This document shows positions 56,930 to 64,000 of a stretch of DNA of 64,000 bases, in pieces. Under the pieces are notes generated by a model. The model saw only the letters and a list, made by a program, of their open reading frames with translations, was not told the DNA's origin and searched no databases. Within the stretch, counting starts at the first letter, position 1; every line of letters starts with the position of its first letter. This DNA comes from Eledone cirrhosa (taxonomy: Eukaryota), in the NCBI GenBank assembly GCA_964016885.1, contig OZ024740.1, forward strand, positions 277,946,001 to 278,010,000, written 5' to 3'. A program made the position numbers and the translations under genes.

Positions 56930-57225
56930 TATTTGGAAATATACCGTATGTTTAATTAAAAACATTTAGAAGACCATTCCCTATCAGTTTAAAATTAGTG
57001 ACTATGTCACTTACTCATTTTCGGCTGGCGTTTATAAAAACCACACACACCCCTGCCTCCGCCGATAATTATAGAAATTGAATTCTTATAGAATTCCAGT
57101 AATAATCAGGAACTGATTATACAGCGCAATTACCGGTCCAGCAAAAATTAGGTATTAGTATTGTTGCTCTGAAATAGTGATGTATACATGAATGTATGTA
57201 TAGTATATTTGACAATATACCGTAT

Positions 57226-57299
<74 letters not shown>

Positions 57300-57682
57300 C
57301 CTCACACTTATAGCCTTGCAACTAAGTTGTATACATGCATATTTATACATATATGAATTAGTTGCGGTGGAGGTAAGTTTGACTTGAGTAGCTCAATCAC
57401 CTTCTTCGATTAATATTTTATTTTATCGACCCTGGAAGGATTAAATTTAAAGGTTACCACAGAGGGACTTCATCCTAGAATGTAAAGAGTCGAAACTAAA
57501 ACCACAAGCCATTTATTACATCATACTTCTGCCAATCCAGCAACGTACCTATTACTAAGAAGAGTTTAAATTAATGCATACAAGATTTCACAACTGCAGC
57601 ATTAATCCTTCATAATCCTGCCTATGAACTTTTCAGTCGACCGTCGTATTATATTTACATACTTATATATTTAGAGACACAG

Positions 57683-57757
<75 letters not shown>

Positions 57758-57759
57758 TG

Positions 57760-57792
<33 letters not shown>

Positions 57793-57941
57793 GTATATAT
57801 ATATGTATATATATATGTATATATGTATATATATGTATATATATATGTATATATATATGTATATATGTATATATATATATGTATATATATATATATGTAT
57901 GTATATATATGTATATATATATATGTATGTATATATATATG

Positions 57942-57982
<41 letters not shown>

Positions 57983-58017
57983 ATATATATGTATGTATAT
58001 ATATATATATATGTATG

Positions 58018-58048
<31 letters not shown>

Positions 58049-58063
58049 ATATATATATATATG

Positions 58064-58308
<245 letters not shown>

Positions 58309-58757
58309 GGGGTGCTTGCGTGTGTTTGTGTTACAACTGCTACTCGAGCTCTACAAGAATAGCCCAACTTTCAAGTTTATCAATTTCAAACCAACAAGAA
58401 ATATCTGTGAAGACAAATATTTGTTTAAACCCAGAACCGTGACTTGAGTTCACAAGCTTGCACCGTAACTATTGATAACATAATCCCGAATGATTTTAAT
58501 CCATTATTTCCCAAGGAAATATATCTATGAACACAATGTAGTCTATTCAGCCGGGGCAAAAGTATTTTTGCTTGATATAAATAACAAGCTGAATGATCAA
58601 AAAGACCCGCTAGTGAAAATGCTGAATGTTTGAGGCGGATCATGATTATTTTCGATTTCTCGCAAATATGTTTATCTGTGGTGTATGATATGTGTTGGTC
58701 TGTGAGTGTGTGTATTTCTGATTTACACAAACTCACACTTTCTATCTCATTCACACA

Positions 58758-59163
58758 CAGGACATCAAGGAGATGGAAACACGGTTCTAAGTACGTTGGC
58801 TAGCTATGATGATGGCAGACTACTGCTGGTGTTTAAAACGAGATACTCCTGTTGTTCAACATTCACAGTGCTCAAAGAAGCGTAATCTTATTCTTTGAAT
58901 TTTCTGCCAAAAATCTTAGCCAATTTGCATTTTCAATTTTCAATTTTTATTTGTACTTTGTTTTGTTTTGTTTGACGCTCTCTTCATTGATTCATATTAT
59001 ATGCTTCTTGTTTGAATAAAATATTTACTCCATCAGATCTAGTAAAAAAACTAGACCTGATAGAGAAAAACTGAAGCTATTTTTAAATTTAATAGGCAAA
59101 ATCACTTAAGAATTCTTTAAAATATTCCAGGCATCAGACATTTTTTTTTTTTGTTACCCAGTG
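58758..59163 (+). mobile_element. Chapaev3-like (CMC) DNA transposon 3' end with transposase C-terminal remnant (58758-58898)
   Basis: QDIKEMETRF*VRW...MMADYCWCLKRD matches my recollection of the Chapaev3 C-terminal HQDI..ME.RYQG.W...ADYCW motif. The element ends ..TTACCCAGTG, a CAC terminus when read inverted. Confidence 0.7.
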
Positions 59164-59223
59164 ATATGTACATTAGGCTTTTACAACACTCAAAGCCAAT
59201 ATATATATATGTGTGTGTGTGTA

Positions 59224-59287
<64 letters not shown>

Positions 59288-59293
59288 TGTGTA

Positions 59294-59368
<75 letters not shown>

Positions 59369-59584
59369 CCCGGGTTCAATCGCGGGTAACCATAGTAAGT
59401 AAGGTACTCAATACATAGTAGGGTATAAATATTTGATATAGGAATGGCTTTTACAGAAGTAATTTGATTGGTTTGTCAATTGACAAACCAATCAAATTAC
59501 TTCTCGAAAAACCTGGCATTTCGAGCCACTTTTTCATATAAAACAAGTAACATTCAGAGACCAACCAGATGTGAGAAAAACTCA

Positions 59585-59622
59585 CCTTTTGAAAAGCAGA
59601 AGAACTGCGAAACCGGTAAAGG
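59585..59622 (+). ncRNA. Minimal type I hammerhead, U3-A8 core variant; inverted copy at 59792-59829 (-)
   Basis: cctt-TTGAAAA-gcag aagaa ctgc-GAAA-CCGG-TA-aagg. Confidence 0.72.
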
Positions 59623-59719
59623 AACCAAATAAATATATATATTTTTAAAAAAAATAAGACTTCAGTTGCATTTTCGATTTCATCTCTTTTTCTTTATAAA
59701 TATATATATATATATATAT

Positions 59720-60670
59720 ACAAAGAAAAAAAGATGAAATCGAAAATGCAAATGGAGTCTTGTTTTTTTAAAAATATATATATATTTGGTTCCTTTACCG
59801 GTTTCGCAGTTCTTCTGCTTTTCAAAAGTAGGGTTGAGATGGAGGGTCTGTGGTTTTTCTCACATCTGGTTGGTCTTTGAATGTTATTTGTTTTATATGG
59901 AAAAAAGTGGCTCCAAACCCCAGGTTTTTAAAGAAGTAATATGATTGGTTGGTCAATAAGTATAATAAATTTCGTGCCAGTTTGCGTTACAAAGTTCTTC
60001 AAACAAGTCGGGGGGGGGGGGGCAGGTTGTTTTTCACATATGAGTATTTGAATTTCTTTTTACTTAAAAAAAGTGGCTCACGAAGGCTTTTTTTTTAATT
60101 AAATTTGATTGGTTATAAATGAAATTAATGCTGTCACGTGAACAAGTTCATTAAATTTCGAGCCCGTATTTGGGAATATATTTTGTAGCCTTTTAGAGTA
60201 TTTTATGACAAGGATGCAATGAAGATTATATAGGACAAACTAAATTCACACTCAGAAATAGAATGACAGTTCATTGCCAACAATTACGAGAGCCAACCAC
60301 GAGACAGATACCATTAAGCGCACATCTAGACATTTGCGCAAGTAATAAGACACTCAAATTCCAAGTCTTCCCATTTTACCTTTGCTCTGACAATACAACA
60401 GAACAGATACGAATAAATAAGGAAAATATGTTTATTCAAAAATAAGACCAGCATTAAATATGGTTTAATATACATTATGTCAACACCATAACATGCTAAC
60501 CATCCAAACATACACATACACACACACATAACACCTTCTACTTTAGAAAATAAAAACCCGAACCAAATAAACTTTAACATACGTTTGCGCTGACAATACA
60601 ACAGAACAAATACGAATAAGTAAAGAAAATATGTTCATTCAAAAATATTCCTACTAACGGAATGATTTTC

Positions 60671-60715
<45 letters not shown>

Positions 60716-61640
60716 CACACACACACAAAATATATATTCTCTTCATCTTAGCATGCTAACCATACTCCCATACACACATAACACCAATACACACACACAT
60801 AACACCCATACACACTCACATAACACCCATACACACACACACACAACTCCCTCCTCCATTTCTACTAATAGAATCACTTTCCTACACACACACACACACA
60901 ATATATATATTCTCTCCATCTTAACATACTCCTACACACACATAACACCCATATCCACACACACACACAACTCCCTCCTCCTTTTCTACCAATAGAATCA
61001 CACACACACACACACACACACACACAAATAAACATACATATGTCTACTTTCTTTATTTCAATAGAAAATCTAAACTCTGACACCCCAGCGAACTAGCCAT
61101 ATTCACTGAACCAGAACAATTCTCCCATACCATTTCTCTTGACCATTCTTTTGCTTGTCATAAAATTCTCTAAAAGGCTACAAAATAAATTCCCAAATAC
61201 GGGCGCGGAACTTGTTCACGTGACAGTCATAATTTCATTTATAACCAATCAAATTGCATTTTTTAAAAGAAGTCTTCGGGAGCCACTTTTTTTATTGTCA
61301 TAAAATTCTCTAAAAGGCTACAAAATATATTCCCAAATACGGACGCGAAATTTAATGACTTGTTCACGTGACAGCAATAATTTCATTTATAACCAATCAA
61401 ATTACATTTTTTTTAAAAAACCTTCGTGAGCCCCTTTTTTTAAGTAAAAATAAATTCAAACACTCATATATGAAAAAACAACCTGAGTCCCCCCCCCCCC
61501 TATTTGAAGAACTTTGTAACGCGAACTGGCGCGATATTTATTATACTTATTGACCAACCAATCAAATTACTTCTCTAAAAACCTTGCGTTTCGAGCCACT
61601 TTTTTCCATATAAAACAAATAACATTCAAAGACCAACCAA
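59720..61640 (+). mobile_element. 5'-truncated Neptune-type PLE: inverted pLTR + GIY-YIG end + pLTR
   Basis: 60208-60460 translates QGCNEDYIGQT..LRNRMTVHCQQLREP..LSAHLDIC..FPFY..KE.MFI. 59865-60212 is the reverse complement of 61296-61640. Confidence 0.82.
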
Positions 61641-62745
61641 AGAAGACAAAAAAAATTAAACAAATAAATAAATATATAAACAGACTAAATAAAGATGGCG
61701 TAGACATACAATGCAATGGGAGGAAACAATAGCACCACTGACGTTGTTGCAGATGTGCAACGAAAGAACTTTGATAGACTATATATATGTGTTTGTGTCT
61801 ATATTGTATCTGTATTTTTTACCTTTGTTCAGTCAATGGCAACATTGAGGACCGAATAAATTAAATTAACCGATATAAAAGACACAGAAACGAAAAGTGA
61901 AAACCAACCAAACAGTGAGTGTGTTCTGTTATTAATTCTGGCAATATTACACAAATATGACCCTCCCCAAGTATAACAATATAGTATTTTACATTAGAGA
62001 AAATCTAGTATAGTTTATTTTATTAAAGTAAGTTTGGCAAAATTATATTTATTAATAGTTGTAAATCAAAACTTAAACATCCAAATAATTCCAAATTTAT
62101 GAAAATTTACGAGACTTTACAAAGGAATAACTACTTAATTATATTATAAAAACAGTGAGGAAGTATAAAGGAAGTTAGAAGTGATTTTTTTAAGAACTCA
62201 AATGACTCCAAGGATACATAAAAAAATATTAAATTAAATATTAAATTAAATTTTTAATATTAAGGTAAATTTTAATCTTTAATTTTGATTTTTAATTTTT
62301 TCAGCTTATTATAAATATTATAATCACAACGTAATGAACCATACATTCTAAATATTCTTCTTCAACGTTAATCTTATTTCTTCTTTCACTTCTTCTTTCA
62401 CTTAGATATATTTACGCTCTATATTCTTCCATTAATATTTATTTCTTCCTTCACTCTTGACTATCTTCACTATCACTATGTATAATCGTTTTTTCTTTCC
62501 TCTTCTCTCTTTCTCCTTCCTTTTCTTTTTCTTTTTCTTTTCTCTCTCCCTTACATATCATCTTCTTCAAACAGTTTAATTTAAATAAACCGTTATCTTT
62601 TCAACTTTTCTGACACTCATTTGCATACTCACTCATAACTTTGTATTACCCACAATAAAATATTATCTCCACTATCCAGGAAGCTCCAACCGTTAAGGTT
62701 GTCTTTTTTCCGGGTATGTCAATATTTATTTATAAAACAAATCTG

Positions 62746-62811
62746 TATTTTATCTGATGAAAGCGCACCATAATTTGCCTTGGTTGCCCTTGAAATATAT
62801 ATAATAAAATA
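62746..62811 (+). ncRNA. Type I hammerhead in a Naiad-family pLTR (62660-62840)
   Basis: tattttat-CTGATGA-aag.gcacca...tggttgc.ctt-GAAA-TATATA-TA-ataaaata, with a perfect 8-bp stem I. Confidence 0.82.
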
Positions 62812-62937
62812 ATATGGTTTTATAAATATAGTTTCCATTTTTTCATATATTGTGTATTTACTCCACTAATTGAGTGCTTTATATCAGTTATAAAAATGTT
62901 TAAGCTTGTTGAATCCCAACAAATTAAATATAACCTC

Positions 62938-62998
<61 letters not shown>

Positions 62999-63261
62999 GG
63001 AAAAAATGAAACGATATTTCATTTCCCACTCTTAGTACGGCTGTTACTTAAATATAAGTATGTACACGTACATACATATATGTATACCGACGTACAGTAG
63101 TATGTATATATATATATACATACATACACACATATATATATGCACGTATGGATTCACCGAACAGTTATTATAATGCTCGGTGTGTTTGTAAACAAACATC
63201 CCGTATTAAGCCGTAGTGTCTAGCAACCACCGTTGCTCGTTTGTTCAACACTGACAAAGGA

Positions 63262-63304
63262 ACGCTGTACTAGTTTCAAGCTTGTTAGCTATCGTCAGCA
63301 GCGT
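63262..63304 (-). ncRNA. Minimal type I hammerhead, GUA site; inverted copy at 63672-63714 (+)
   Basis: acgctg-CTGACGA-tagc taacaa gctt-GAAA-CTAG-TA-cagcgt, with palindromic stem III ACTAGT. Confidence 0.85.
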
Positions 63305-63916
63305 ATACCTTCCTGCCAGATTGTTGAACGTATATACTTACCTTATGCATATTAACGGCTGAGTAGTCCAATTTGCATATCGAGTGGGTTAATCGGCCGG
63401 GTGCACCGAAAACGATAAACGGAAAAAATGAAACGATATTTCATTTCCCACTCTTAGTACGGCTGTTACTTAAATATAAGTATGTACACGTACATACATA
63501 TATGTATACCGACGTACAGTAGTATGTATATATATATATATATACATACATGCACACATATATATGCACGTATGGATATATATGCACGTATGGATATATG
63601 CACACATATATATATGCACGTTAATATGCATAAGGTAAGTATATACGTTCAACAATCTGGCAGGAAGGTATACGCTGCTGACGATAGCTAACAAGCTTGA
63701 AACTAATACAGCGTTCCTTTGTCAGTGTTGAACAAACGAGCAACGGTGGTTTATAGACACTACGGCTTAATACGGGATGTTTGTTTACAAACACACCGAG
63801 CATTATAATAAATGTTCGGTGAATCCATACGTGCATATATATATGTGTGCATGTATGTATATATATACATACTACTGTACGTCGTCGGTATACATATATG
63901 TATGTACGTGTACATA

Positions 63917-63984
<68 letters not shown>

Positions 63985-64000
63985 AAAAAAGGAAAAATAT

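Noticed and set aside
59368-59397. Second Helitron 3' end (cccg..cggg hairpin followed by CATAG)
   Set aside because: The hairpin is short, the terminus is imperfect, and no matching 5' end was found.

Overview
This is eukaryotic, AT-rich, microsatellite-saturated DNA with no host protein-coding exon that I can support. The SINE, LINE and microsatellite profile resembles an octopus or other coleoid mollusc, but that is an inference. Most ORFs in the track are artefacts of (TA)n, (CA)n and (GA)n runs. The window is a nest of mobile elements. These include Penelope-like elements (PLEs): one near full-length and several partial Naiad-type copies, plus two Neptune-type fragments. There are two R4/Dong-type RT-RLE LINEs, one with an uninterrupted 1016-aa ORF, a degenerate Tx1/L1-clade LINE, and RTE fragments, one with a twin-priming-like 5' inversion. 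There are also about 10 tRNA-type SINEs, a Tc1/mariner MITE, a non-autonomous Helitron, a Chapaev3-like transposase end, and a GC-rich higher-order satellite. The most notable signal is about 20 type I hammerhead ribozyme motifs from roughly 10 unrelated sequence families, folded by hand. They sit in short, often fold-back, (TA)n-embedded PLE pLTR derivatives. They include a U3-A8 core-variant family (UUGAAAA), CCGANGA variants, motifs with very long stem II, and one family with compensatory stem I changes. All structures were read by eye and none is experimentally validated.
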